A stretch of 64,000 nt of DNA from Alphaproteobacteria bacterium (GTDB lineage: Bacteria > Pseudomonadota > Alphaproteobacteria > Bin95): contig OZ219787.1 of NCBI GenBank assembly GCA_964291285.2, positions 1,056,001-1,120,000 on the forward strand. Direction: 5' to 3'. Both the position numbers and the translations under genes were made by a program. How positions within the stretch are numbered: position 1 is the first letter of the stretch; every line of letters begins with the position of its first letter. This document shows, piece after piece, positions 19,475 through 29,383 of this stretch. A model generated the notes under the pieces. The model saw nothing but the letters and a program-made list of their open reading frames with translations, ran no database searches and had not been told where the DNA came from.

Positions 19475-21420
19475 GCAGCGGTCCTTTCGCCGCCGGCCTC
19501 GGAGACGCGGGCGTCCCGGATGGCCAGGTCGCCGGTGATCGTGCCCGACCGTCCGTCCTCGAAGGTCACCGGGGTCTCCAGCACGATATTGCCCTCGCCG
19601 CCATACAGTGCGTCGATGGCCGGGGCGTAACGCTCGAAGATGAAGCGGCGGCGGACCTTCTGCGTACGGGTGAGCTCGCCGTCATCGGCGTCCAGCATCT
19701 TGTGCAGCACGATGAAGCGGCGGATCTGCGAGCCGGCAAATTGCGGGTCGCCTGCGAGGCTCTCGTTGAACTCCGAAACATGGCCCTCGACGATGTCGAG
19801 CACCTCCGGCCGGGCGGCGAGCTCCTGGTAGCTCGAATAGGGAATGTTGCGCCTCTCGGCCCAGTTGCCGACCGCCTCCATGTCGATATTGATCATCGCG
19901 GTCACGAAGTCCCGCTCATGGCCGAAGGTCACCGCTTCGCGGATGTTCGGGTAGAATTTCAGCTTGTTCTCCAGGTATTTGGGCGCGAAGAGCGTGCCGT
20001 CGGCGAGCCTGCCGACATCCTTGGCACGGTCGATGATCCGCAAATGCCCGTCGCCGTCGATCACACCCGCATCCCCGGTGTGGACCCAGCCGTCGCCGGT
20101 CTTGGTCTCGGCTGTGGCCTCGCTGTTCTTGTAATACTCCTGGAAGACGCCGGGACTCCGGTAGAGCACCTCGCCTTCCTCGGTGATGCGCAGCTCGACG
20201 CCCGGCGCCGGCGGACCGACGCTGTCGGCGCGCACATCGTCATTGGTCTGGATAGTGACGAACACGCTCGCCTCGGTCTGGCCGTACAGCTGCTTGAGGT
20301 TGATGCCGAGCGAGCGGAAGAAACGAAAGATTTCAGGTCCGATGGCCTCGCCGGCGGTGTAGCCGACCCGGAGCCGGGAGAGGCCCAGCACGTTCTTGAG
20401 CGGCCCGTACACAAAAACCTCGCCGATCCGATAAAGCAGCCGGTCTGAAATGCCGACCCTGCGGCCTTCGAGAATGTCCGCCCCCGCACGTTCGGCGACA
20501 TTCATGAAAAACCGGAACAGGCGCTGCTTCAGGGGCGCCGCGTCTTCCATGCGGATGGTCACCTGGGTCAGCAGGTTCTCGAACACGCGCGGCGGCGCGA
20601 AGAAATATGTCGGTCCGAGCTCGCGCAAATCGTGCGGCACGGTCTCCGGGGATTCCGGGCAGGCGAAGGAGAAGCCGACCAGATGCGCCTGACAGTAGGA
20701 GAGCACATTGTCGCCGACCCAGGCCATCGGCAGATAGGCCAGCACCACCTCGTCCTCGCGCAGATGCTCGAAGTCCGCACCGATCTTCGCGCATAGCAGG
20801 AGATTGTCGTAGGAGAGCACCACGCCCTTCGGCGTGCCGGTGGTGCCGGAGGTGTAGAGGATGATCGCGGTGTCGCTGCCCTTGCCGAGATCGACCTCGT
20901 CGTCCCAGCCGCCTTCCCCGCCCATGCCGACGACATCGTCATAGGCGTGCAGAAACGGCTCCGAATAGTCCCGCATGCCGCGCGAATCGTCGTAGATGAT
21001 CGTCCGGAGCGCCGGGAGGTGTTCCTTTTGCGACAGGACCTTGTCGACCTGTTCCTGATCCTCGGCGACGATGAATGCGGCTTCGGCGTGGTCCAGCACG
21101 AAGCGCATCTCATCGGCCACCGCGTCCTGATAGACCGGCACGGGAATGGCGCCGAGGCTCTGCGCGGCGCTCATGGCGAAATAAAGCCGCGGCCGGTTGT
21201 CGCCGACGATGGCGACCTTCTCTCCGCGCTTGAGGCCGAGCGCCTTCATTCCGGCGGCGAGCTTGCGCACCGCGTCGCGGAAGTCGGCCCAGGTCCAGGT
21301 CTGCCAGATGCCGAGGTCCTTCTCGCGGACGGCGGCCAGCGATGCGCGGTGTTCGGCGTTGTAACGGAGCAGCTTCGGGAAGGTGTCGTGCTGCGCAACA
21401 TCCGGTAGGGCGCCGGCCAT
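19471..21420 (-). CDS. Long-chain-fatty-acid CoA ligase-like AMP-binding protein
   Basis: YTSGTTGTPKG, YGQTE, HTGDAG, IDRAKD, ELTRT.KVRR. Confidence 0.9.
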   Translation of the reverse strand: MAGALPDVAQHDTFPKLLRYNAEHRASLAAVREKDLGIWQTWTWADFRDAVRKLAAGMKALGLKRGEKVAIVGDNRPRLYFAMSAAQSLGAIPVPVYQDAVADEMRFVLDHAEAAFIVAEDQEQVDKVLSQKEHLPALRTIIYDDSRGMRDYSEPFLHAYDDVVGMGGEGGWDDEVDLGKGSDTAIILYTSGTTGTPKGVVLSYDNLLLCAKIGADFEHLREDEVVLAYLPMAWVGDNVLSYCQAHLVGFSFACPESPETVPHDLRELGPTYFFAPPRVFENLLTQVTIRMEDAAPLKQRLFRFFMNVAERAGADILEGRRVGISDRLLYRIGEVFVYGPLKNVLGLSRLRVGYTAGEAIGPEIFRFFRSLGINLKQLYGQTEASVFVTIQTNDDVRADSVGPPAPGVELRITEEGEVLYRSPGVFQEYYKNSEATAETKTGDGWVHTGDAGVIDGDGHLRIIDRAKDVGRLADGTLFAPKYLENKLKFYPNIREAVTFGHERDFVTAMINIDMEAVGNWAERRNIPYSSYQELAARPEVLDIVEGHVSEFNESLAGDPQFAGSQIRRFIVLHKMLDADDGELTRTQKVRRRFIFERYAPAIDALYGGEGNIVLETPVTFEDGRSGTITGDLAIRDARVSEAGGERTAA

Positions 21421-21674
21421 GGCTTCGGTCTCCCCTGGGCGAGTGCGAACGCTCCGATCGGTCGATTACGGTCGCGATATCCGAGGCGTATGCGGAGAAG
21501 GTTGGTAGCCAAGCCGCGCGCCGAGTCCAAGCAAAAAATGTTACACAGGGCCTACTTTGGTGTCGCAGCGGGCGCGGCGGGGATATGGTTGCCGACAGGT
21601 TGCTGCAGGCGCGGCGGCCGAGGGGGACGCGTTTGGCGATGGCCTGGTTGGCAAGGCGCAGGGGTCTTTGAAGG

Positions 21675-23021
21675 ATGGCAAGTCCGGATTTCTCGGTCCT
21701 GCCTTCCGTGGACCGCCTGCTTGAAGACGCCGCCCTTGCCGCGGCGGCCGAGGAATACGGGCGGGCCGAAGCGCTGGCGGGCGCGCGGCAGGCGCTCGCG
21801 GATGCGCGGCGGGCGCTCGGGGCCGGCGGCGCGCTCGATCCCTCGTCGCTCGGACCGGCGGCGGCGGCGCATATTGCGGCGCGGGGGCGGCCTTCGCTCC
21901 GGCGGGTGTTCAACCTGACGGGCGTCGTGCTGCACACAAACCTCGGCAGGGCGCCGCTCCCGCAGGAGGCGGTCGCCGCAATCGCGGAGGCCGCCGGCAA
22001 TTGCAACCTCGAATACGACCTGGAGACCGGCCGGCGGGGAGACCGGGACTCCCATGTCGAGGCGCTGCTGACGGAACTCACCGGCGCGGAAGCGGCGCTG
22101 GCGGTCAACAACAACGCTGCCGCTGTCCTGCTGGTGCTGAACAGCCTCTCGGCAGGGCGCGACGCGCTGGTGTCGCGCGGCGAGCTGGTCGAGATCGGCG
22201 GCTCCTTCCGCATGCCCGAGATCATGGCCCGCGCCGGCGCCCGCATGGTCGAGGTCGGCACGACCAACCGCACGCATGCGAGCGACTTCGAGGCCGCCGT
22301 CGGTCCGGACACCGGCTGCGTGCTGAAAGTGCACACCTCCAACTATGAGGTTGTCGGCTTCACGGCGTCGGTGCCGGACTACCGTCTGGCTCGTATCGCG
22401 GAGGCGGCGGGCGCGCCCTATGCCGTCGATCTGGGCGCGGGGCAGCTTGTCGATCTCGCGCGCTACGGACTGCCGCAGGAACCGATGCCGGGCCAGGCGC
22501 TCGCCGCCGGGGCCGGGCTCGTCACCTTCAGCGGCGACAAGCTGCTGGGCGGGCCGCAGGCCGGCATCATCGTCGGGCGCGCGGACCTCGTCGCCCTGCT
22601 CAAGCGGAACCCGATGCGACGCGCCATGCGGCTCGGCAAGCTGTCCCTCGCGGCTCTGGAAGCGGTGTTGCGGCTCTACCGGGATCCCGACCGGCTGGCG
22701 GAACGCCTGCCTGCGCTGCGCATCCTCACCCGTCCGGTGGAGGAGATTGAGGCCCAGGCGTACCGGCTCGCGCCAGCGATGGAAGGCGCGGAAGTCATGA
22801 CCGTCGCGAGCCAGATCGGCTCCGGCTCGCTGCCGGTGGAGCGCCTCGAAAGCCGGGCGCTGGCGCTGTCCGCTCCGGGCGGCAAGGCGCTGGAGGCGCG
22901 CGCGGCGGCCTTCCGGCGGCTGCCCGTCCCGGTCATCGGGCGCATCTCGGAGGGGCGGCTGCTCTTCGACCTGCGCACCCTTGACGACGAAGACGCATTC
23001 CTGTCCCAACTGGCCCCATGA
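21675..23021 (+). CDS. selA: L-seryl-tRNA(Sec) selenium transferase
   Basis: [63 protein letters not shown]. Confidence 0.96.
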   Translation: MASPDFSVLPSVDRLLEDAALAAAAEEYGRAEALAGARQALADARRALGAGGALDPSSLGPAAAAHIAARGRPSLRRVFNLTGVVLHTNLGRAPLPQEAVAAIAEAAGNCNLEYDLETGRRGDRDSHVEALLTELTGAEAALAVNNNAAAVLLVLNSLSAGRDALVSRGELVEIGGSFRMPEIMARAGARMVEVGTTNRTHASDFEAAVGPDTGCVLKVHTSNYEVVGFTASVPDYRLARIAEAAGAPYAVDLGAGQLVDLARYGLPQEPMPGQALAAGAGLVTFSGDKLLGGPQAGIIVGRADLVALLKRNPMRRAMRLGKLSLAALEAVLRLYRDPDRLAERLPALRILTRPVEEIEAQAYRLAPAMEGAEVMTVASQIGSGSLPVERLESRALALSAPGGKALEARAAAFRRLPVPVIGRISEGRLLFDLRTLDDEDAFLSQLAP

Positions 23022-24907
23022 TCGTCGCGACCGCCGGGCATATCGACCACGGCAAGACCTCGCTGGTGAAGGCGCTGACGGGCACCGACGCCGACCGGCT
23101 GCCGGAGGAAAAGGCGCGCGGGCTCACCATCGACCTCGGCTTCGCCTACTGGCAGGCCGGCCCCGGCCAGACCGTCGGCTTCATCGACGTGCCGGGGCAT
23201 GAGCGCTTCATCAGGAACATGCTGGCCGGCGTCACCGGCATCGACGCGGCGCTGCTGATCGTGGCCGCCGACGACGGGCCGATGCCGCAGACGCGCGAGC
23301 ATCTGGCGATCCTCGACCTTTTGGGCGTGCAGCGCGGCATTGTCGCCGTGACCAAGGCCGACCGCGCCGAGCCGGAGCGCGTGCAGGCGGTTGCCGAAGA
23401 AGCGCAGGCGCTTGCAGCCGATACCGGGCTCGCCGGGGCGCCGGTCCTGCCGGTCTCCGCGATAACGGGCGACGGCGTTGCGGAGTTGCGGCGCGCATTG
23501 CAGCGCCTTGCGGGCGCGGTCGGGCGGCGGCGGGCGGCGGGGCGGTTCCGGCTGGCGGTGGACCGCAGCTTCACCCTGCGCGGCGCGGGCCTTGTGGTTA
23601 CCGGCACGGCGTTCTCGGGCGCGGTCAAGGCGGGCGACCGGCTGCTGGTCTCACCCGGCGGCGTCGAGGCGCGGGTGCGCGCGATCCATGCGGAGAATGT
23701 CGAGACCCATGCCGCGCAGGCAGGACAGCGGGTCGCGCTCAACCTTGCCGGGTCCGGCCTGCGCCGCCACGCCGTCTCGCGCGGCGACTGGCTGCTGGCG
23801 CCCGAGGCCCACGGGCCGACGCGCCGCATCGACGCAAGGCTGAGGGTGCTCGGCAGCGAGGCGCGTCCGCTCCGCGACCGCACGCCCGTGCATGTGCATC
23901 TGGGCGCGGTGGATGTCACCGGGCGGGTGGCGGTGCTGGACGGACCGTCCATCGCGCCGGGCGCGGCCGGCTGGGTGCAATTGCTGCTGGACCGGGAGAT
24001 CGGCGCGCTCGCGGGCGACGGCGTCGTGCTGCGCGACCAGTCGGCCATGCGCACCATGGCCGGCGGCCGCGTCGCCGATCCGTTTCCGCCGGCGCGCGGC
24101 CGGGCGCGGCCGGAGCGGCTGGCCGAGCTTGCCGTGCGCGCCGGGGAGGACCCGTTCGCCGGGCTGGTGGAGGCGGCGCCGTTCGGGTTCGACTTCCCCC
24201 GGTTCGCGCTCGCCCACAACCTGAACGACCCGGAACAGGCGGCGCTCAGGCGGCGGCAGGGCGTGGTGTTTGCGGGTCCGGTCGCCGTCGATGCCGGGCG
24301 CTGGCAGACGCTCTCGGATGCCTTCGAGCGCGAGGTGGACGCCTGGACGGCGGCGCATCCCGACAGCCCGGGCCTCGGCCCGGTGGCGCTGCGCCGGCGG
24401 CTGGACCCGGTGCCGCCGCGCGACATCGCCGAAGCGGCGCTTGCGGCGCTGGCAGGTGCAGGCAGGCTTGCGCGCTCCGGCGGCTTCGTCCACCGGCCCG
24501 GCCACCGTGCGGCGCTCGCCCCGGAGGAGGAGGCGCTCTGGCAGCGCATAGAGCCGCTGGTCACGGAAGGCGGCCTGCGTCCGCCGCGGGTGCGCGAACT
24601 GGCCGACATGCTCAAGGTCGATCATGTCCGGGTGGAGGGCGTGCTGCGCCAGGCGGGCCGGTTCGGACTGGTGCGAAGGGTGGCGGACAACCGCTGGTTC
24701 CCGCCGGAGGCGCTGAAGGGCCTTGCGGACATTGCCGAGACGCTGGCGGCGGAGAGCGCCGACGGGCGCTTCACGGCAGCGGCATACAAGGACCGCTCCG
24801 GCATCGGGCGCAATGTCGCCATCGAGTTGCTGGAATTTTTTGACAAGGAAGGTTTCACCCGGCGCGAGGGCGACGCCCGGCGGATCGTGCGGGAGTGGCG
24901 GGGATAA
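23018..24907 (+). CDS. selB: Selenocysteine-specific elongation factor
   Basis: [32 protein letters not shown]-terminal winged helix (GIGRN.AI.LLEFFD..G.T.R.G..R); ATGA overlap with selA. Confidence 0.96.
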   Translation: MIVATAGHIDHGKTSLVKALTGTDADRLPEEKARGLTIDLGFAYWQAGPGQTVGFIDVPGHERFIRNMLAGVTGIDAALLIVAADDGPMPQTREHLAILDLLGVQRGIVAVTKADRAEPERVQAVAEEAQALAADTGLAGAPVLPVSAITGDGVAELRRALQRLAGAVGRRRAAGRFRLAVDRSFTLRGAGLVVTGTAFSGAVKAGDRLLVSPGGVEARVRAIHAENVETHAAQAGQRVALNLAGSGLRRHAVSRGDWLLAPEAHGPTRRIDARLRVLGSEARPLRDRTPVHVHLGAVDVTGRVAVLDGPSIAPGAAGWVQLLLDREIGALAGDGVVLRDQSAMRTMAGGRVADPFPPARGRARPERLAELAVRAGEDPFAGLVEAAPFGFDFPRFALAHNLNDPEQAALRRRQGVVFAGPVAVDAGRWQTLSDAFEREVDAWTAAHPDSPGLGPVALRRRLDPVPPRDIAEAALAALAGAGRLARSGGFVHRPGHRAALAPEEEALWQRIEPLVTEGGLRPPRVRELADMLKVDHVRVEGVLRQAGRFGLVRRVADNRWFPPEALKGLADIAETLAAESADGRFTAAAYKDRSGIGRNVAIELLEFFDKEGFTRREGDARRIVREWRG

Positions 24908-24936
24908 AGGCGAACGGTGAGAGGGAGACGGACTCG

Positions 24937-26019
24937 ATGCGCATAGAAGACATCCGCGTTCACCTGATGGTGCTGCCGTGGCGGGAGCAGCCGGCCTTCC
25001 AGCGCGGCTATGCGCGGAAGCGCAATGTGCTGGCGGTCGAGATCGAGACGCGCTCGGGCCATGTCGGGCTCGGCTACCAGCTCTATCTGCGCGAAGGCTT
25101 CCGCACGGTGAAGGAATGCCTGGAAGAGACCATGGCGCCCCACCTGATCGGGCGCGACGCGAGCGAGGTCGAGGCGATCTGGCGGGAGCTGTGGACCGCA
25201 TCGCTGGCGGACGGGCGCGGCGGGGCGCCGGTGCTGGCGCTCTCGGCCGTCGATGTCGCGCTCTGGGACATTGTGGGACAGGCCGCCGGGATGCCGTTGC
25301 ACCGGCTCTGGGGCCACTACCGCGCGGAGGCGCCCGCCTACGGCTCCGGCGTCTGGCGGGGGCTCGAGCCGGACGCGATGGTGGAAAAGGCGCTGCGCTT
25401 CAAGGCGGAGGGCTACCCGGCGGTCAAGATGCAGGTCGGCCATGCCTGGACGGACGCCCAGGACCTGGAGCATGTCCGCCGGGTGCGCGAGGCGGTCGGG
25501 CCGGAGGTCGACATCATGGTCGATGTCAACATGGCCTGGACCGCAGACCACGCCATCCTGCAGGGCCGCAAGCTGGAGCAGTTCGACATCTACTGGCTGG
25601 AGGAGCCGGTCGTGCCGGACGATTTCGCCGGCTACTTCCGGATCGCGGACGCGCTCGACCTCCGGGTCGTCGGCGGCGAGAGCCACATGACGCGCTACGA
25701 CCTCAAGCCCTTCTTCGAGAACCCGAAACTGCCGATCCTCCAGCCGGACGTGGTGCGCGGCGGGCTGACGGACCTGCGCAAGACGGCGGCAATTGCGGAT
25801 ACCTGGGGCATGACCATAGCCCCGCATCTCTATCCGGAACTGATGATCCAACTCATGGCCTCGATCCCGAACGGGCTGATCCTCGAGGACATGGGGCTGA
25901 TGCAGGACCTGTTCATCGACCCGCCGCTGGTGGAGAACGGCATCGTCCGCGCACCCGAGAAACCGGGCCACGGCCTTGTCTTCACCGAGGAGGCGATGAA
26001 GGAGGGCCGCATCGCCTGA
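24937..26019 (+). CDS. Mandelate racemase / muconate lactonizing enzyme (enolase superfamily) protein
   Basis: SAVDVALWD...G.P..RL.G; metal ligands MVDVN, WLEEP, GGES; QPD and APH. Confidence 0.9.
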   Translation: MRIEDIRVHLMVLPWREQPAFQRGYARKRNVLAVEIETRSGHVGLGYQLYLREGFRTVKECLEETMAPHLIGRDASEVEAIWRELWTASLADGRGGAPVLALSAVDVALWDIVGQAAGMPLHRLWGHYRAEAPAYGSGVWRGLEPDAMVEKALRFKAEGYPAVKMQVGHAWTDAQDLEHVRRVREAVGPEVDIMVDVNMAWTADHAILQGRKLEQFDIYWLEEPVVPDDFAGYFRIADALDLRVVGGESHMTRYDLKPFFENPKLPILQPDVVRGGLTDLRKTAAIADTWGMTIAPHLYPELMIQLMASIPNGLILEDMGLMQDLFIDPPLVENGIVRAPEKPGHGLVFTEEAMKEGRIA

Positions 26020-26089
26020 CGGCGGCCCCGCTCTGGAAAACGCACAGGCCCTGTGCCACGATGGGAAATCCTTATCCGGAGAGCATGTC

Positions 26090-27361
26090 ATGGACGGGCA
26101 GCAAGCCATCGGGAACCGGGTTGAGGCGGATGCGGGTTCGTCGGCCTATGTACCGCCGCTCCAGCTGACGGAGGGCCAGCCGCCGCCCGTCGCCGCGAAT
26201 GGCGGCCTCTCCTACATGTCTTTCGACCGGGACGGCGATGCCGGAACCGCCGCGGCGCTGGAGGCGGCTCTCAAGGAGATTGCCGACGGGCACAGCGACG
26301 CGCTGATCGACCGGATCGAGAATGCGCCCCCCGGCCCCATCGAGACGAAATGGGGCCTCGGTTTCCGGGAATATGACGAGTGCCTGGACCATATCCGCGC
26401 CAACGGCATCGAAGCCCCCGAGGGCGGCGTGGCGTTGCCGTTGCGCTACACCGTTTACGAACACCCGTCCTATTCCATCGTGCCGTCCAACGCGCTCTGG
26501 CGGGACCCGGCGCGCAAGGCCGAGGCGAAGCTGCTGCGCAAGGCCGAGAACGACGCCGGGCGGCGCAACCTCTACTTCCCGCAGGTGTTGCGTGATGCGC
26601 GCCGGATCGGCGAGTACTATCCGGGCCTCGATGTCAGCAGCGCCGAAAGCATGGACAGGCTCGGCGTCTCGCTGGCGCACCTCGAATCCAGATGCACGAA
26701 CTTCTACGACTCGGCCGAGGTAGAGCGCGTCTTCTACCCGGAGATCGAGAAGCTCCTGCTGGAGTTCTTCCCCGATGCGACCGACGCGCTGGTCTACAAC
26801 CACGATGTGTTCGACAAGGACTACCAGGGCGACCGCACGGAAGACCAGGACGCCAAGAATCCCGGTGTGAACGCCCGCTACGCCAACCTCGTGCACAACG
26901 ACCTGAACGACAATAGCGGGCGGGTGCGCTGCCGCGAGCTGCTGACGAAGAACCTGCGCAACTTCGGGCGCACGCAGCACTACACGGAAGCGGAGGCCGA
27001 CGCGAAGATGTCGCGGCGGTTCATGTCGATCAACCTCGCCAAGCCGATGGAGACGGTTGAGCAGTTCCCCTTCGTGCTCTGCGCCTGGCCGTCCTTCGCC
27101 GACCAGCCCTACATCAACAACTACCGCATCTATGACGACCGGGTCGGGGAGACGACGCGCTTCACCTACCGGCCGGACCATGACTGGTACTGGTTCCCGC
27201 GGCAGACGCCGACGGAAGTGTCGATGCTGAAATGCTACGACTCGGTCACCGACGGTTCGGTGTCGCGCTGGTCGTTCCACACGGCCTGCCAGGACCCGAC
27301 GGTCCCTGTGGATGCGCCCTGCCGCAAGAACGTCGTGGTCCGCTCCTACGTCTTCTTCTAG
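26090..27361 (+). CDS. CmcJ/NvfI-family oxidoreductase with a long N-terminal extension
   Basis: C-terminal part: FYD..EV...FYPE.E.LL, ANLVHND, SINL.KP..TV..FP...C, HDWYWFP...P.EV..LK.YDS, FHTA..DP..P.DAP.R....VR. Confidence 0.75.
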   Translation: MDGQQAIGNRVEADAGSSAYVPPLQLTEGQPPPVAANGGLSYMSFDRDGDAGTAAALEAALKEIADGHSDALIDRIENAPPGPIETKWGLGFREYDECLDHIRANGIEAPEGGVALPLRYTVYEHPSYSIVPSNALWRDPARKAEAKLLRKAENDAGRRNLYFPQVLRDARRIGEYYPGLDVSSAESMDRLGVSLAHLESRCTNFYDSAEVERVFYPEIEKLLLEFFPDATDALVYNHDVFDKDYQGDRTEDQDAKNPGVNARYANLVHNDLNDNSGRVRCRELLTKNLRNFGRTQHYTEAEADAKMSRRFMSINLAKPMETVEQFPFVLCAWPSFADQPYINNYRIYDDRVGETTRFTYRPDHDWYWFPRQTPTEVSMLKCYDSVTDGSVSRWSFHTACQDPTVPVDAPCRKNVVVRSYVFF

Positions 27362-27381
27362 AAAGGCGCGGCAGGTCCCCC

Positions 27382-28263
27382 ATGGGGAGGGCGGCCTCCC
27401 CGATTCCGGTTTCGCCCATCCCGGCGGTCAATGTGGCCTCGGTGCCGCAGCGCAGCCCGCTGCGCTATCCAGGCGGCAAGACATGGCTCATCCCGCATAT
27501 CCGCCACTGGCTGAAAGGCATCGAACCCCGGCCGAAGCTGCTCGTCGAGCCCTTCGCCGGCGGCGGCATCGTCTCGCTGACGGCGGTCATGGAAGGGCTG
27601 GTGGACCGCTGCCTGATGGTGGAGCTGGACCGCAACGTCGCCGCCTTCTGGCACGCCGCGCTCCGCCACGGCCCGGAACTCTGCGAGATGGTGCAGGACT
27701 TCGAGCCGACGCGGGAGGCCGTCGATGCCCTGTCGCGGCAGGTGCCGGCAAACGTGCTGGAGCACGGCTTCCGCACGCTCGTCCTCAACCGCACCCGCCG
27801 CGGCGGCATCCTCGCGCCAGGTGCGTCCCTCTCGCGGTATGGCGAGAGCGGGAAGGGGGTAGCGTCGCGCTGGTATCCCGAAACGCTCAAGAAGCGTCTC
27901 TTCGCAATTGGCGGCTGTGGACAACGGTTCGGATTCGCCGAGGCGGACGGGATGGCCCTTCTTGAAGTCATGGCAGGCAGCCTAGGCGATAGCTGCGTGC
28001 TGTTTGTGGATCCGCCCTATACCGCAGGTGGCAAACGGGCGGGCAAGCGGCTCTACGCTCACAATGAGGTCGATCATGACCGTCTGTTCGAGCTACTCGC
28101 AGATGGAAAGACGGACTTCGTGATGACTTACGACCGTGCTCCCGAAATCGAAGCACTTGTCCGGAAGCATGGCTTCCATGTCGTGCAGGTGGAGATGAAG
28201 AACACACACCATGCGCGGATATACGAGCTCGTGATCTCGCCTCGCCCGGTATTCATCCATTGA
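27382..28263 (+). CDS. D12-class (Dam-type) N6-adenine DNA methyltransferase
   Basis: SPLRYPGGKTW, LVEPFAGG, LNRT..GG, FVDPPY, MTYD; start ATG 27382 inferred. Confidence 0.9.
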   Translation: MGRAASPIPVSPIPAVNVASVPQRSPLRYPGGKTWLIPHIRHWLKGIEPRPKLLVEPFAGGGIVSLTAVMEGLVDRCLMVELDRNVAAFWHAALRHGPELCEMVQDFEPTREAVDALSRQVPANVLEHGFRTLVLNRTRRGGILAPGASLSRYGESGKGVASRWYPETLKKRLFAIGGCGQRFGFAEADGMALLEVMAGSLGDSCVLFVDPPYTAGGKRAGKRLYAHNEVDHDRLFELLADGKTDFVMTYDRAPEIEALVRKHGFHVVQVEMKNTHHARIYELVISPRPVFIH

Positions 28264-29150
28264 GCCTGCGCTACGGTATTGCCGAGTGGTTCGGGAGGCC
28301 ATTCCCGGAACTGTCACCGGATGAACGCCGCCGCTTGGCGGAAGTTGCCTTGGCGGGTGGTCGCAAGGCACCAGCGTGCCCGTTCCAGAAGGACAAGCCG
28401 CCATGCCGAAAACGGGGTGGCGTTTGCACCCTTCAACGCTATCGGCCGGACGACGATGGTCGGCTTGGGCCGGCGGTGGGAGCCCCGGCAATCGTATGCC
28501 CCGCGAGATTCGAAGAACGGCAGCTTCTGGTAACGTGGCTGGCCGACATCGTGGGTTTCAGCCGCGACGACGCAATGCTCGCTCGCGAAGTTGCATTCAT
28601 GCACGGAACCGGTACCGACAAACCCGCCGGGAAAATTGACCTGGTGGTAGCGAGGGCAGTCGGTGGCGACCTCAAGTGGTACGGGTTGGAAATTCAGGCC
28701 GTGTATTTTTCAGGTACCGGGATGGGCTCCGAGTTCGAGCGGCTGCAGACGGACGACCGGAACCCGCCTCCGTTTCCCAACGCCATACGTCGGCCGGACT
28801 GGCGTTCTTCGAGCGCGAAACGACTGATGCTGCAATTGCAGGTAAAGGTGCCGACGCTGCGGCGATGGGGCTCCAAGATGGCGGTAGCGGTGGACCGGCC
28901 GTTCTTCGACGCGGTGGGCGGAGTAAGCCCCGACTATAGCCGCGACCTGAGCGACGGCGACGTTATCTGGCTGGTTCCCGAGCTGCAGCGCAATGTCGAT
29001 GGTTCATGGCAGTTGACCGCCGGTCATTGGGAAGTCCTGACATTGGAGGCAACCGTGGACAAACTGCTGGCAGCCGAAACGGTGCGTCGCGGTAAGTTCG
29101 AACAAGACCTCCGGATGAAGCTCGAACCGCTATCGCAGGAAGAGACATGA
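28260..29150 (+). CDS. NotI-family (BamHI/BglII-fold) restriction endonuclease
   Basis: IAEWFG, Cys4 cluster CPF..C.K.GGVC..CP.RF, KID...LEIQAVYFSG, RPDW.SSS.KRL..QL..K; lower GC3 than flanking genes. Confidence 0.82.
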   Translation: MSLRYGIAEWFGRPFPELSPDERRRLAEVALAGGRKAPACPFQKDKPPCRKRGGVCTLQRYRPDDDGRLGPAVGAPAIVCPARFEERQLLVTWLADIVGFSRDDAMLAREVAFMHGTGTDKPAGKIDLVVARAVGGDLKWYGLEIQAVYFSGTGMGSEFERLQTDDRNPPPFPNAIRRPDWRSSSAKRLMLQLQVKVPTLRRWGSKMAVAVDRPFFDAVGGVSPDYSRDLSDGDVIWLVPELQRNVDGSWQLTAGHWEVLTLEATVDKLLAAETVRRGKFEQDLRMKLEPLSQEET

Positions 29151-29383
29151 CCAGAGCGTGGCAAGCGCGTGAAGCAAGGGCACGCTTCAGTGCCTTCATC
29201 GAAGCGACCGTAAACGAAGGTCCGCAAATCGTGACCAGGCACGGCGTCGAGACCGCCGTTCTGTTGCCTATCGCTCAGTGGCGGGAAATGCAGAAAGCGG
29301 AGAAGCCGAGCCTGAAGGAAGCGCTCCTTGCGCCCGAGCCCCGGACCGAAACGCTTACCCCGCCCCGGCAGCCCCGTTCATGA
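29147..29383 (+). CDS. Phd/YefM-family antitoxin, no adjacent toxin, C-terminus possibly truncated
   Basis: WQ..EA.ARFS..IEA...EGPQIVTRHG.E.AVL; ATGA overlap with the endonuclease; 3' end overlaps the convergent gene by 29 nt. Confidence 0.85.
   Translation: MTRAWQAREARARFSAFIEATVNEGPQIVTRHGVETAVLLPIAQWREMQKAEKPSLKEALLAPEPRTETLTPPRQPRS

Noticed and set aside
21421-21674. Possible tRNA-Sec (selC) upstream of selA
   Set aside because: No cloverleaf, TCA anticodon arm or T-loop found on either strand.
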